NCBI RefSeq assembly: GCF_000143415.4
Contig: NW_003314330.1
Span: 712,089 to 776,088 of the forward strand
Origin: Selaginella moellendorffii
Lineage: Eukaryota > Plantae > Lycopodiophyta
Length of the DNA: 64,000 nucleotides
Reading direction: 5' to 3'
Shown here: piece by piece, positions 37,301 through 52,000 of the stretch
Layout: every line of letters starts with the position of its first letter
Numbering within the stretch: the first letter of the stretch is position 1
Made by a program: the position numbers and the translations under genes
Notes under the pieces: generated by a model
What the model saw: only the letters and a program-made list of their open reading frames with translations
Told to the model about the DNA's origin: nothing
The model's database searches: none

Positions 37301-40235
37301 GTGAGAGGAAGGACAATATCAGAGTAGTGATCAATGAATTTGTGGTAGAAGTTGGTGAAGCCAAGGAAAACCTGAACGTCCGACATTGATTGTGGAGGCT
37401 CCCATTCGAGAATAGTCTTGACTTTGGCAGGATCCATCATGATACCCTCATGAGTGACAATGTACCCAAGGAACTCCATAAACTACTGATTGAAGGAACA
37501 TTTCTCAAGCTTCGCGTATAGGCCGTGTTCTCGTAGCTTCGCCAGCACCTTGCGTACATGTTTGTCGTGCTCCTCTTTAGTTTTTTAGTAGATGAGGATG
37601 TCATTGAGGTAGACGATCACCATCTGATCAAGAGACTCCCGAAAGACGTCGTTCGCCATGTGTTGGAAAACTGCTGGAGCATTTGTCAAGCCAAATGGCA
37701 TGATAGTGTACTCGAAGTGGCCATAGCGGGTTTGGAACGCAGTCTTCCATTCATCACCAAACCAAATCCGGATCAAGTTGTGTGCTCCATAGAGGACGAT
37801 CTTGGTGAAGAAGCGGGCACCACCAAGGCGTTCTAACAGGTCCAAGATCAAGGGCAGCAGATAACGGTTCCGAATAGTCATCTTGTTCAAACCTCGGTAG
37901 TTGATGACTAGCTGCAAACCCCCATCCTTCTTCTTGACAAAGAAGACAGGCGCTCCAGCCGAGGATTGCGAATGCTGAATGTACCCCGAGGCAAGGTTGT
38001 CATCCATGTACTCTTTGAGGGCCTTAAGCTCGGACAGGGATAACCCGTAGATAGCCCCCCACGGAGGTGACGCTCCTTTCTGTAAATCAATGGGATAGTC
38101 ATAAGGCTGATGAACAGGCAGTACACTAGCTTTTTTCTTGTCAAACACATCCCCAAAATCATGATATTTCTTAGGAAGATTGACAGGAGAAACATGCAAA
38201 GCAAAAAGGAAAATAGATTCTTCATGAAGAAGTTCTTTCATAGTGATTGTGGAGATAGGAGGAGGTGTACGACTAAATGGAATGATGAGACGAGGATACT
38301 GTCCAGTGTAAGATGGAAGAGAGGAAAAAAAAGAGGGTGAAAACTTCATACAGTCAGGAACAGAACCTTGATTTGAGTTTAGGGAACTTTTCCTGATTCG
38401 GACTCGATGAACAGCAAAGGAAGCCGTGGGAGATGGTGATGTGGGAGAGATGAGCTATAATTCCTTCCAACAGATTTGAGGCTGATGTAGTTGGAACCAC
38501 AGAAGACCGAGCACCACAGAGGAGATATCGGTGACGGTGGACCCGATGTGTACTCGAACGGGCAACATTTCCCTAAGTCCAGAAGATGGAGACACAAAAT
38601 GCCCGCCGATGCCTTCAACCCTCAGATCCCATATGGTAGGAGAAAGAGGAACGTGATGTCGGGCAGCAAAGTCTGTGTCCATGAAGCAGGAAGTTGCACC
38701 CGAGTCCAGTAGCGCCAGAGCCTTGAGTCCTGATTGTCCGGTGAAAGAAAGGAGACATGGGACGTGGAAATTGCGGGAATTGGTGGTGGCTTTGATGAAA
38801 GGTGGTAAGGAGCTTGATAAAGAAGAAAAGTGATTTTTATTCGGGGAGTCCAAACAGACAGCTCCTACTCTGTTTGGACAGGGTCGTTTCCCGACTGCAA
38901 CAAAAGTGGACTTTGAGGCAGAGTGAACTCGAGCAGTCGGGGAGGCTTCTTGGGACATACAGCTGCTTTGTGATTAGGATCAGCATAGTAGAGGCAAAGA
39001 TTATGAGATATTTGACATTGCTTCTCAGCAGGACTCAACTTCCCTCTAATGAGTCGGGGAGTACCAGAAATATCCATCGGGACTAGAGCAGTAGGTTCAG
39101 GAGTATGCCCCGAAGACTCAAGCTGGGATTCCTGAGTCTGGGACAGAAAAACAGTGGCACGGCGACTTTCCTGAGGACGTTCAAAAAGACGATTGTCACA
39201 TTGAACAGCTTTGTTGATGGCGTCCGACAGGTCCTTGGGATCCTCCATGGTGAGCAACAAATCCTTGACACCATTATTGAGGCCGAAACAAAATTGGTCA
39301 ATTAGGGCCCGCTCATCCCACTGAGTGTCCAAGGCAAGGAGTTGGAACTCTGCAGCGTAGATCGAGGCAGGACAAGACCCCTGAGAGAGACGTCTCATCT
39401 TTGTGGTAGCAGCCTGAACCTAATCCGTCTCGCCAAAACATGCTTCGAGCTTCTCTTTGAACAATTGAAGATCCATCAGCTCCGGAACCACGACCCCTTT
39501 CATGCTCTTCTCCAGAAGAGGAGAAAACTATGACAAAGCTGCACCTTCGAGAAACGTCCCAATCACACCGATTTGAGACTCGGGAGTGGGGTACCGCCAA
39601 TGTTGAAGTGCGAAGATCAGCTCCATCTGGTTCAGCAATCCGCGAAGCTCCGAACGCTTGCCTAAAAATTTCACCAGGAAACTCACCTTCGGTTCAGGAA
39701 CTTTGCTGGATCCTTGAGCCAAAAGTGAAGCAAGCTCCTGCTGTATGCGAAGAAGGGTCACCTTCAGCTCAGTATTCTCAGATTGGATTTTTGCAAGGAC
39801 TTCAGCAAAAAAATCAGGATGGCTTGGAGACTCCATCGGCAAGAAGAAAGAAAAAAGGCAAAGGTAGTCAAACAATCAAAATGAGCTAAAGCAAAAAATG
39901 AAAAAAACACAATCTGAATCAAACTGTTAAGACCCCCAACAAGATCAAGACTGGAAAATGCAAAATATAAAGAGAAAAACTAGTGGAAACAAAAAAGAAA
40001 CCTTAGACTGGCATTGATTCAGATTGTGGAGAAATGGAACAAGGCTAACCTATATATACTATAGGTTGATGAAGCTCCACCACGAGGATGGCCTAAATAT
40101 AGCTGAGGTCGAGGAGGCACCACATCATCATCAGGAATGTGGCTCGAGACTTAGGAATCGTACAGGAAATTAGAGAGTCAGGAATAGGGAAGTGTCTCAA
40201 GAGTCAAGAATGTGATCTACAGGTCAGGAGGATTC
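34393..40235 (-). mobile_element. Ty3/gypsy chromovirus D (Tf1/sushi- or Tcn1-like, self-priming), decayed, with internal inversion
   Basis: LTRs 34393-34804 and 39925-40235; PPT right after 34804; gag 38865-39875, protease LLDSGA, RT VYLNDIL on minus; RNase H ([15 protein letters not shown]) and integrase (SMDF, HPQTNGQ) on plus; chromodomain start EYEV near 35070 on minus. Confidence 0.88.
36885..37103 (-). pseudogene. LINE reverse transcriptase fragment
   Basis: LLCCFVDFKNVFDAV resembles the non-LTR RT motif FvDFxKAFDxV, followed by PPDIVNTIHHLY. Confidence 0.65.
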
Positions 40236-42512
40236 GCCATAGGATAAAGGGTCAAAACCATGTGTGCTACATTTGGTATCGGAGCATACGTCTTAGCGAG
40301 TAATGAGATTGGTCAACTAGTCTCATTGCATATGCAAAGATAAACGATAATCCAAGTGGGTACACGTTTGGGTGCAAAGGCTTTATAATTGTTCCTTGGG
40401 TATGGATTTGGTTATCTTGTTGTACCATATTGTGTGAGCTTGCTCTTGGGCTCATAGGATGGAATAAGTTGTTCCATTTGCACAAGTTTTCGCTTGGGCT
40501 CATAAGTGAGGCACATTAGCAACTCAAGGTTACACTTTGAGTTGGCAAGATTAATGCTAGCCTATTGATGGTTCCATGAGTTGTTCCATGTACCGTGGGT
40601 GAAAGTAAACATTCCCTAGGTTTGCTATGAGTGGCAAATATGCTGGTCCGTAGCTGTTTAGCACGGCACTGGTGGATCCTTCCTAGGCATGATTACAAAT
40701 GGATTGATCAAGACTATAGGGATTAATCTATTGGTTCAAGTAGTCATTGCCGTACTCTCTCATAAACTTTTCTTGGATTGAACTGAAGGCAATGTGAAAA
40801 CAAGCTTGAAGTTTAGTCAAAGATAAGACCGAAAAGAGAGTCATTAGGGACAAAGGATCAAACATGTAAATCATCTTCTCTTTTTGGAGAGATGATTTGC
40901 AATGAAGTATGATTCATTACTCGTGTTCACAATATGCAATCAAGAATCCCTACCTTGATGTATGTTGGAAATGATGGTCTTATAAATGGTGAGTTGTGGG
41001 ATGGATAGTGGTGAAGCACTATACCATTTTGTCTAGGCTTGCTATTGAAAAACTTGGGTTGCAATGCTCAATTCTTTTCCGGGGAACCTTGTTATTTCTC
41101 CTTGAGTAGCTTGGTGTTGGATCAGTTTTGAGTTTGGTCAGAAAGAGAGTGGCATGAGCTTGTCTGTGTTGTGAACAAAAGTTGGTGGTGTTGGGTGTTG
41201 TAAATCTCTATTGGTGGAGTGTGGCATTTATGTTGCATTTTGTCGAATTGAGTTGGCACTTGATGCTTACATAAACCTTTGTAGTAGTGACATGGGCATT
41301 GCTTGTAGTGTTGCTCAATTGATGATCAAGTCATTGTGATACTTATATCATATCCATGTGATTGTGAGTAATGTGTTTACGAAGTTGCTTGATTAAACGA
41401 TGATCAATCCCAAAGTGGTTGATGGTGAAGCTAGTCTACTTGCATGTAGTAGCATTGTAGTAGCTTTGACTGGATTCTCGATGGTGGTCCATTATGCTAA
41501 ACTTAAGTTGGCACCTTGGTTCTTGAGAGGTTTACCCATAAAGTGCTGGAAAAGGGTTGTAGCATTCATTTGCTATAACTTATTGGTTGATCTGTTAACA
41601 CTTAAAGTAGATTGTTGGATGGAGAAGGTGTGTAGTTAAGGCATTGACATCGGTAGCACTTATGTTAGTGGAAGTGGCATTGTTATTCGAGTGATGAGGA
41701 ATTTTCCTTAGAGCTTGATTTTCCATGTCATTTTTCTTATTAGTGTTTTGGCTTCACATTGGATCTTGAAAGTAGTTGAAGAAAAATGTTAATGTAATGT
41801 GGATATTCAAAAATGTGGTCTTCGTGATCAAGCCTTGGAAGTTCACTTTGCATTTTGCGGATGTCAGTGTTAAATATCAAAAATGTGGCAAAGATGTTCG
41901 ATGCTTAGCATACTATGGGTCTTGAGAATTTGTGTTGAGGTGAACCTATGTGAAGTTGTTAGTAGAAGGAAGTTGGTTGAGTCTTGAAAGTTTGCATTCC
42001 TAGACTGAGAGTTATTCTTTCTCTAGGATGGAAAATTTTCCATAAATTTTCTTAGGCTTTTCCAATAGCTAATTTGTTAATCACTTTGCTCGAAAACCAT
42101 TCTGTTTTCGTAAGCCAGTACAAATAGGTGAAAGGGTTGGAGTTGACTTTGGTTAGCCTAAACTTTAGTAGGTAGTTTGTATGATGCGACCTAAAAGGGA
42201 TGCTAACTTTTGGGGCTAAGGCAATTGAGTTGAATAGAGTCTAAAGTTGGTGTAGAAAAATGGCTATTGCACTTTTCTAAGAAGGGTGACCCTTGTGCCT
42301 TTCTTCTAAATGTTATACTTGGTAGCAGGTTGCACCTTGCATTTCTTTAGACTCTATGAGGGTAGTGAGCTCTCACTAATCTTGACTTGGTCTTGGTGGC
42401 TCTGCTTCTTGGCTGAAGATGGTGATGTCCAATTTAGTTGTTTGAGTTTGAGATGTTAGTACCCGTACTATAGCTTTGTCTATGAGGAAGTTGTGTACTA
42501 ATATGAGTTTAT

Positions 42513-45500
42513 TGTAAGCCACAAATTTTTTCCTTGCCAATTTGCCAGCTTAGCTCGTCTATCCGACCAACACTACCTTGGCTTGTGCTAAGTTCCCTTG
42601 CCAAGGTTCTCACATATTGTACCAACTCCTACTTGGTCCTACTTGGTTTCAGCTAGTCACTGCACGAGCAACGGAGTGTTAGCCATCCATCTACGGCAAA
42701 TCTCTCCCAATCCCCCTCCTTGGGTTAGACTGGATTTAAGGTTCGGCTACACTCCCTGCAGGCACAAGCAGCCAAGCACACCAAGCCTCCAGGTTCCTAA
42801 CACCCCTTGGTACAACAAGACTTGATCATGGGACCCTCTAAATCCCAAGCCTTGGGTGCAGCACTAGCTTCGGGACGTTGGGGTGAAACACCATGGCCTA
42901 ACGGCCTGGTATGGGTACCTCTACCCCCCCACTTCCATCCCGAAGGGAAGGCCCAAGCCTCTAAAAAGGGTGAGGACCAATGAGCCGCAAGGTACTCAAG
43001 TGGGGCACCACTCCACATGAGCCGGAAGCACCGCAGTCGGTTTCCCTTTTGGGAGTGGGAGCTGCTCTTGAACACTTCCCTGGGTGGCCCCTCCGGCACC
43101 ACCCAAGCCCATGCTCACTCCCACCCAAGGCCCCTCGGCCCTAGTCTCAACCTCAAGTCAGTTTGGAAGCACCATTGGAGAGTTCCTTCAAGACTGGTTC
43201 CTAGACCTCACTATCCCTACTATACTTTTGGAACCCCCTGCAGCCCCCGCCCCCCTAGGAGATGCACGCTTTGGGCTTTCACCCCTTGACCCATATTAGT
43301 ACTCGGACTTAGTCTCTGGCTCGATCTCGGACTCGATCTCGGATCTGACTTCGGATTCGGTCTCGGACTCGATCTCAGACCCGATCTCGGACCCGATCTC
43401 GGACCCGACCTCGGACTCGACCTCGGACTCGGTCTTAGACCCAATTTCGGATCTCAAACTCCGTCTCGAGCTCAATCTCGAACTCGGTCTCGAACTCGGT
43501 CTCCGAGTCGGTCTCGGACTCGATTCCGGACTCTATCTCGAACTCGGTCTCAGAGTTGGTCTTGGACTCGATCTTAGACTTGGTTTCATCCGATGAACTC
43601 TTTATCATTTTGGTCATGCTTTCGGGGCTCCTTTAGCCTACGACACCTCGGCGAGTTGGTTCTTTACAACTCCACCACCCATAGAAGAAGTTCGATGCCC
43701 ACATCGAACGTCTCTTTTTTATCCTACAACTTGTTGACCATGTCTCCGGGGGCATCCCCCCACTTAGCGGTGTGCCTAAGTTAGCCTCCCCGGCCAAGAG
43801 CCTATGACAACGAAATATAGGTGTCCCTATACTCCTCACCTCACCACACCCTAGTATGGGGTCGGGACTTGAACCCAGCCTTGCTTTACTAGGGGGTTGG
43901 GACTCAAACCCAACCTCTGTAGAATACGTCTACGGATTTGACATCCCCGCAGGGAGTCGGGTGTAGTTCCCTACGCCTGGTCGACCTAGCTAACCCATGC
44001 TAATTAGCTTACCTTCGGTGCGCCTTCGGGTCCTAACATATGCCATTGCTCAACTTCTCAAATTGATACTTTTAATTGAACTTTGCATAAGTATATAGAG
44101 TTCTATCTTGCAGAAATTCCTCCACTAAATCTCACGCGTTCGCTAAGTTCTCCTCCGGTTCCCATGTTGCTTCGTAGTGTGGAAATGCTTTCCACTTCAC
44201 ATGGAACTCTCTCACCTTGCGTCCTTGTCGCTTGCTCTTGCGCCCATTGAGGATGGCCTCGACTTCGTATTCCTCTTCCCCTTGGATAACCTCAGGTAAA
44301 GGTTTTACTTGGTCCTTGCGAAGCGGATCCTCAAAATACGGCTTGAGTAAGTTCACGTGGAACATGGGGTGCATCTTCCCCATCTCTCGAGGAAGTCAGA
44401 GACGGTAAGCCACTTTACCGATTCGAGCCTCAATCTCGTAAGGCTCTGCGAACCTACTTAAGGAACTCAAGATCAGTTCATTTATAGGAATATATGCATT
44501 TTTACCTTTGGGTCAACTTCCGGCTGATCCCACTTGGTAGCCTAAGGTTCTTGGTGTTCAGCCACACCTTCTCCCCAACTTGGAACTCTACGTCTCGAAG
44601 CTTTTGGTTCGCGTACTTAGTTTGCCTTTATTGCGCCCGTTCCAAGGAATCCCTCACTAGATTCCAAATGTTGAGTCTTTCCGCTGTGAATGCCTCCATT
44701 GCGGGTAGCTCTCCATGATACTCGGCCACGCCGAGTTCCACAGGACCTTCAATAGCTCGCCCATTGATGACTTCCCATGAACTCACCCCGATACTCGAAT
44801 GTGGTGAGTTGTTATAACACATTTCCGCAAGTCCCAAATGACTTACCCAATCGGTCTGGTCTCCCGAGACATAGCATCGCAAATAATCCTCCAGCTGCCT
44901 ATTCACCCTTTCCGTTTGTCTGTCTGTCAAGAAGTGTTAGTGCCACCAAACTTGACTTAATACCCCATACCTGTCTGTGGGTGATAGGCTGTGCTGAATT
45001 TCAACTTGGTGCGATACTGTTCCAGGAGAGTCCTCCAGAACCTACTAGTGAAGATCTTATCTCGATCTGAGATGATCTCTTCCAGCCTTCCCCGCACTCA
45101 AACCACTTGTTCGAAGAACAGTTTCGCCACACCTTCCGCATCCACTTCTGTTGTGGTGGGTATGAAATGTACCATTTTCGAAAATCGGTCCACCACCATG
45201 AATATCGCATCAAACCCCTTGCTTGGGGGGAGTCCCGTGATAAAGTCCATCGTAAGACATTTCCACGGACGCTCCCATTCCTGGATCGCTTTGACCTTTT
45301 CTGGGTCCACCTTGAGCCCGTCCTGGCCCACCACATGCCCGAGAAACTTTACCTCTTGTTGAGCAAAGTCACATTTGCTCTCTTTAGCATACAGTTTGTG
45401 TTCCCTTAGTTTCTCAAACACCTTCGCCAAGTGTTCGGCATGCTCCTCTAACGTCTCGCTATAGATCAGGATGTCGTCAATATAGACGACCACGAAGTGA

Positions 45501-48500
45501 TCCAGATAGGGTACAAAGATGTGGTTCATCAACGCCGAAAACGTTGCCGGCGCATTGCATAGCCCAAAGGGCATCACCAAAAACTCAAAGCTCCCATACC
45601 TCGTTCGACAGGTTGTCTTCTCGACATTTTCCTCGGCTACCCTAATCTGGTAGTATCCTGACCTTAGGTCAATCCTCGAGAAGTATTTTGCCTTTCCCAA
45701 CCTATCAAATAGGTCCTCAATTCTTGGCAAAGGGTACTTGTTCTTCTTTGTATACTTGTTGAGCAACCGGTAGTCTATACACATGCGCATAAAACCATCT
45801 TTCTTTTTCACAAATAACACCGGCGCCCCATACGGCAACTTGCTCAACCTAACATACCCTTTGTCTACCAACTCCTCTAGTTGGCACTTGAGCTCCTTGA
45901 GTTCTTTTTCGTTCAAACGATAGGGGGGACGAACCACTGCCTCGGCACCCTCGATCAGATCAATCTTGTGTTCTATCGGTCGTGCGAGGGGCAACCCCGC
46001 CGGTAGCTCCTCCGGCATGGTATCCTGGAATTGGTCCAACACCCACTGGATCACTAAAGGTACTTCTTCCGTTCCTGTCTTTTTGTCACTCTTCACCGAG
46101 AGTAAGCACAAAAAGGCTGCCTTAGTTCCTTTAGTGAGTTGTCCTCTCGTGGACACCAGGTTTAAGCAGGAATCTGTGGCCTTGCTTTGCCCTACCTTTA
46201 GATCCTGGGCCTCCACCCTAGATCTTCTTCCTTGGGCATTCGCCAGTACCACAAGGTTCTTACCTTGTCCATGTAGGGCTACCACGAACCGATTGAACCA
46301 ATCCATTCCGAAGATCACGTCAAATCCCGCCATGTCCAACACGGTGAAATCCATGTCTACTTTCCATGTCCCTACTTCGACTCTCGCTTGTCGAAGTACC
46401 TCATCGGTGCTTTGGCTACCTTGAACAAACTCTATAGTCCTTGGTTCGCCTAACCGTTGCACCGTTAGTCCAGCTTGCCGGACTATGTCTGCAGCCACAA
46501 AATTATCTGAAGCACCCGTGTCAATAAGGATCTTAACAAAGCTACCTCCGAGCTTCCCTCGGAGGGCTAGTAGATGTCGCGAATGACTCTCTACCAAAGT
46601 TGCTCGTGTAATGAGTAACTTTGAGTTAGGGACTGGATCACATACCTCAGTTTGGACTTCATCTAACTTGATGGCCATATTGGCTCTGGCCTTCTTTGGG
46701 TAAGGACATTCCCTTGAAAAGTGTCCCGCTTCACCGCAGTTGTAGCATATGTTGTTTCCCAAGCTGCTATACGACTTGACCTTCTTATCCGTGGGTTTGT
46801 CTCTTTTCGCTTGACTCCCCCACGTACTCGCTCGCTGGCCACCAGATTTGCCTTTCCAGAACCCCAAGGACTCATTCTTAGAGAAACTCTTCTTGAATTT
46901 CCCCCTGCTATACGTTCCCCTTGGTTTGGCCCCTTTGCTAAACGTGGATCCCGACCCTGTCGTGTTCCCCTTTCGCAGGTTATCGTTGAAATGCACCTTG
47001 ATGGCCACATCCAACGCTTCCTTGTAGTTGGTTGGGTTCCAGCGCATCACCTCACCGCGAGCTCAGGTTTGCAAACCTGATATGAAGGCATGGAACGCAT
47101 CCATATCCCCCATGTCCGTGATAAGTATCCTCTTTGCCATAAACCCATTCACATATTCCTAGATGGTTCCAGTCTGCTTCAGCCTACTCAGCTCATCTCT
47201 CAGATGTAGAGTGGCATTCAGAGGAACGTATGTTGTGCGGATCCTCGCCTTTATCATGTCCCAAATGGCCACTGTTCCTTCGTTGGCCTCCGTCGTTCTC
47301 CACCAAGACTTGGCATTATCTGCCAAGTATGGTTTTGCACATGGGACCTTCTCCGAGCTCGGTAATCACAATGCTCGGAAGTAATCCTCCATATCGTAAA
47401 ACCAATCCTCCACCACCTTATAGTCATTCACTCCCTTAAAGACCAGTGGGGGCTTTGGTTTGTACTTGGGAACTGCCTGAGGGACTAATTCTACTTCGGT
47501 CTGTTCGACCTTGTTTGGTTCTACCTCAGTCCCTGCCGAAGGGTCTGCACCTTCTGCACTGCCAACATCCGCAGTCTTTCTCTTTTTCTTCCGCTTCTCG
47601 TCACGCTTTAGCTTGTATACGAGGGTCTCCAGCAGAGCATTGGTCTATGCCAACTGTCCTTCTAGCACGTCCAATCGAGCCTTGGACGACTGAACCTCGC
47701 CACCGGACTCCTGTTTGGAAGTTTCCTCACTAGAGTCCTCCTCATGCAAGGATTCCTCATCCATAGCCTCTCGTTCAACCGGAGGCTCCAGCTCTGGAGG
47801 AGGTTCCGTCTCCACCTTGGTTCGCTTCCACCCTATCTTTGCCATCTCCCAGCAATCCGCCTCTATCCTTTGCTAGAACTGAGGAAAAGGCTCCGATACC
47901 AAATTGTAAGCCACAAATTTTTTTCTTGCCAATTTGCCAGCTTACCTCGTCTATCCGACCAACACTGCCTTGGTTTGTACTAAGTTCCCTTGCCAAGGTT
48001 CTCGCCTATTGTACCAGCTCCTACTTGGTCCTACTTGGTTTCAGCTACTCAGTGCACGAGCAACGGAGTGTTAGCCATCCATCTACGGCAAATCTTTCTC
48101 CCAATCCCCCTCCTCGAGTTAGACTAGACTTAAGGTTCGGCTACACTCCCCGCAGGCACAAGCAGCCAAGCACACCAAGCTTCCAGGTTCCTAACACCCC
48201 TTGGTACAACAAGACTTGATCATGGGACCCTCTAAATCCCAAGCCTTGGGTGCAGCACTAGCTTCGGGACGTCGGGGCGAAACACCGTGGCCTAACGGCC
48301 CAGTATGGGTACCTCTACCCCCCCCACTTCCATCCCGAAGGGAAGGCCCAAGCCCCTAGGAAGGGCGAGGACCAATGAGCCGCAAGGTACTCAAGTGGGG
48401 CACCACTCCACATGAGCCGGGAGCACCGCAGTCGGTTTCCCTTTCGGGAGTGGGAGCTGCTCTTGAACACTTCCCTAGGTGGCCCCTCCGGCACCACCCA

Positions 48501-49040
48501 AGCCCATGCTCACTCCCACCCAAGGCCCCTCGGCCCTAGTCTCAACCTCAATTCAGTTTGGAAGCACCACTAGAGAGTTCCTTCAAGACTGGTTCCTGGA
48601 CCTCACTATCCCTACTATACTTTTGGAACCCCCTGCAGCACCCCCCCCCCCTGGGAGACGCACGCTTTGGGCTTTCACCCCTTGACCCGTATTAGTACTC
48701 GGACTTAGTCTCTAGCTCGATCTTGGACTCGATCTCGGATCCGACTTCGGATTCGGTCTCAGACTCAATCTTGGACCCGATCTCGGACCCGACCTCGGAC
48801 TCGACCTCGGACTCGGTCTTGAACCCGATTTCGGATCTCGGACTCCGTCTCGAGCTCGGTCTCGAACTTGGTCTCCGAGTCGGTCTCGGACTCCATTCCG
48901 GACTCTATCTCGAACTCAGTCTTAGAGTCGGTCTTGGACTCGATCTTAGACTTGGTTCCATCCGATGAACTCTTTATCATTTTGGTCATGCTTTCGGGGC
49001 TCCTTTAGCCTACGACACCTCGGCGAGTTGGTTCTTTACA
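42513..49040 (-). mobile_element. Ty3/gypsy chromovirus B, full-length ends, internally deleted
   Basis: LTRs 47905-49040 and 42513-43668; 5-bp TSD TTTAT (42508-42512, 49041-49045); PBS 47890-47901; PPT 43669-43680. Confidence 0.95.
44132..47845 (-). pseudogene. gag-pol of element B (zinc knuckle, protease, RT, truncated integrase, chromodomain)
   Basis: [54 protein letters not shown]; several stops and frameshifts. Confidence 0.9.
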
Positions 49041-52000
49041 TTTATCTCATGGTCTTCACTTTAGTTTTGGCTAAGTGTTGATCATGCATAGCTAGCCTCT
49101 TCAGAGCTATTGGCTAAACATGTTTGTGAGCTTATCGCAGTTGAGTTGGATTCGAGTAGTCATTTAGTTCAAGCTTGTCCATGAACCTTTATTTCGTACT
49201 TGGGGTATTACGTCCATGTTAGACAAATATATGACTCGATGACATGAATTAGTGTTAGGTCTTGTGAAGGCAAGTTGAAGAACGATTATTGGTTGCTTTG
49301 CAACTAGTGATTGTTTGTAGACTTTATTGAGGACTGTTTAACACTTGCTTCACTTAATGATGATTTAGCAATGATAGAATTGCTTTACCAAATCGTGTTG
49401 CGGAGAATCATATCGTTAAACTTACATGGGTTTTCCATGTTGGCATATCGACTCTACCTCTGTCAATATCATTTGGTTGTATTTAGTTCGTAGTGTTAGA
49501 TTTCATTGAATCTTGGATGTGGTGATTCACTCCTTAAGGAAGTGTTATTTATAACTGAGTTTTGCTGAAGGATTGGTCTCGGATATTAAGTTTAGTATCT
49601 TTGACTTCAGTTAGCTTGGTTGCTAGAGAGCTTCGAGTCATGATTCACTTTTGCTTTCTTTTAGCTTTGTTCTAGTGTTCATGACAATGAAGTGATGCCT
49701 TATAATTGACATTGTTGATGTTGAGATTCAAGTGAGATGAGATGTCTATCCTTAAGATTGATATTGAGTTTCATTACTCTCAATGAAAATAGTGTTGATG
49801 ATTTGGCAATGGCTTTATATTATTGGCATTCGTGCATTTGCTAGTTAGCAACTGTATTAAAGTTCAAACGAACTGAGTTAATTGTGTTTTAGACGAAATT
49901 GTTTAGTAGGGGTTAAGCTTTGAACTTTTCCTTGAAAAGTGATTTAGTCATGGACTATGCTAACTCTACAAGCAGAAGAGTTAGTGATCAATATTGGAAT
50001 GTTTGAATCCTTGTTAGATTTGAGTTAGAATATATCAATCATTAATGATTCTTTTTGTGCTTGTTATGAAATAAGTTACGTCTTGCTATAGATTCATGGA
50101 GGATTGTTTAGTGGTCACTTGTTGAGCATAGCTTTGTTATGCTTAGCTTTTGGATTGATGCAAATATGCTCTTCATTAGCTTTGCATTATTAAGCTTGGC
50201 TTCTGGATGTGTTGAGGAGGATATTGTGAGCTATACCATGATTTCTTCTTTAGCATTAAAGTTAGTTCATGCAAAACTCGTGATCATTATTAGGCAAGAC
50301 TTAGCTTTAGTTTACTTTGAGCTTTTGGTTCCTTGAGCTTTCATGCTTGTGGTCCATTTGTTAAAAGTTGTTGGGGAAGGTATTTTTGGCTTATTAGCTT
50401 TGATGTTGAAGTTAGTATTTGCATCTGGCAATCATTGGTGATAATTGACTGTCATCTAAGATAGTTGATTATCCTTGTTAAAAATGTTTTGCTTAATTGT
50501 TATTGATATAGAATGATTTGTTGTTTTTCAAAATGGTGGATTCTTTCTTCAACGATGATTATACATTTCTTCATTGATGGGATGATTAATAATCTTCATG
50601 ATAGTTAATGGTTCTCTTTGATAGCTTATGGCTTTTCGCAATACCACATGTTGTTTGTGGTTTGCTCTAGATTAGTCTCTTGGGTTTGAGATATCAATAG
50701 AATATTGTTGACACTTGCTTAAGCAACTCTGGTTCTTTCGTATTATTGATCGGGATCTAATCAGATTGACTAGTGCAATACTTGGCTTGAATGAGTGTTT
50801 GTTGGTTTTACCACATTCATTTTGTTTTGTTGATTATTGCTCAAGTTAGTTTTGATAGATTAGAATGTTATTTCCTTCAGGTGATATATTCGCGAGCATT
50901 GTGTTTGTCCGTCAATGATACTTTGTGTTCTTTGAGTTGTATTTAGTAAGTTGTTTGGCATACTATCTGCCATCTTCAATAGTTAAGTTTTATTATTGAG
51001 TTTTCTTGATGATACTCTGGCTATTGAATTTTGTTGGATGATGAATCTTATGTTTTCCAATGATAGTGAACTTGGTGGTTCCCATACTATAATACTAGTT
51101 TATCGGATGATACCTTACTTTGAATACATTTGTGTTTTAATATAAGATTTATTCACTGATAATTAAGACTCTAAGATATCATTGTCTATGACTTTGATAT
51201 TGTCCATCTATTGCTCTTTGAGTTTGGGCTAGTATAGGTAGACTGGCTTCGGCACTTCGTGTGCATGGTGAAATCTCTAGTCATGGGTAGCTACTATCGA
51301 CTGGTCACATAACCCACCTCTCTATCAATGTTCTTTATTCCGCTAAAAGGGCATGACCATGTAAACAACTCTAACTGCTTGTTTACAATAGTCTATCTAA
51401 ACCTTACCGATAGGTTTGGTTTCTTTGCTCAGGAAGGTTGGGGCCTCTAGCTTCTCTCTCTATGTCCCTGCAGGCAGGGGCGTATCACACTTTTGTAGCT
51501 GGGTGACACCCAGAGCAGCAAGGGTGGCTAACTCTGTTAGTCATTTCCTTGTTGGTGATGGCTAGAAGGTGTCTGAGTGGGTAGTGCATCCACGTTAGAC
51601 AAAGAGGTTGCCTCTTAACTCATTTAAGTTGGTGCATTTCTCACATAGTGTGAATACTGTGAACTTTTTCTGGAGTTGTTTCCTTGGTGGTATTCTAGAC
51701 TCAAGTGTGCATCGACGAGGACGTCAATCTTCCCTAGGGGGGGAAAGTGTCCCGAATGTGACTTCGAGTATCGAAAGTTACTTGTCAGCTAGTCCTTTCA
51801 GATATTCTTTCCTTACTGCCACGATGGTAGGAGGTCAGTATTGTTGGGCCTATTATCAGTTCCCACTTGGGCTAGTTGAGAAACTGGTCAATGACCATGG
51901 ACTTAGATTGGATAAACATAAGATAGGAACCTTATATGTTTCTTGCTGAGCATACTCAGCCTGGTTTGAGAAACTTGAGTCATTGGCTTGCACTTGCTAG

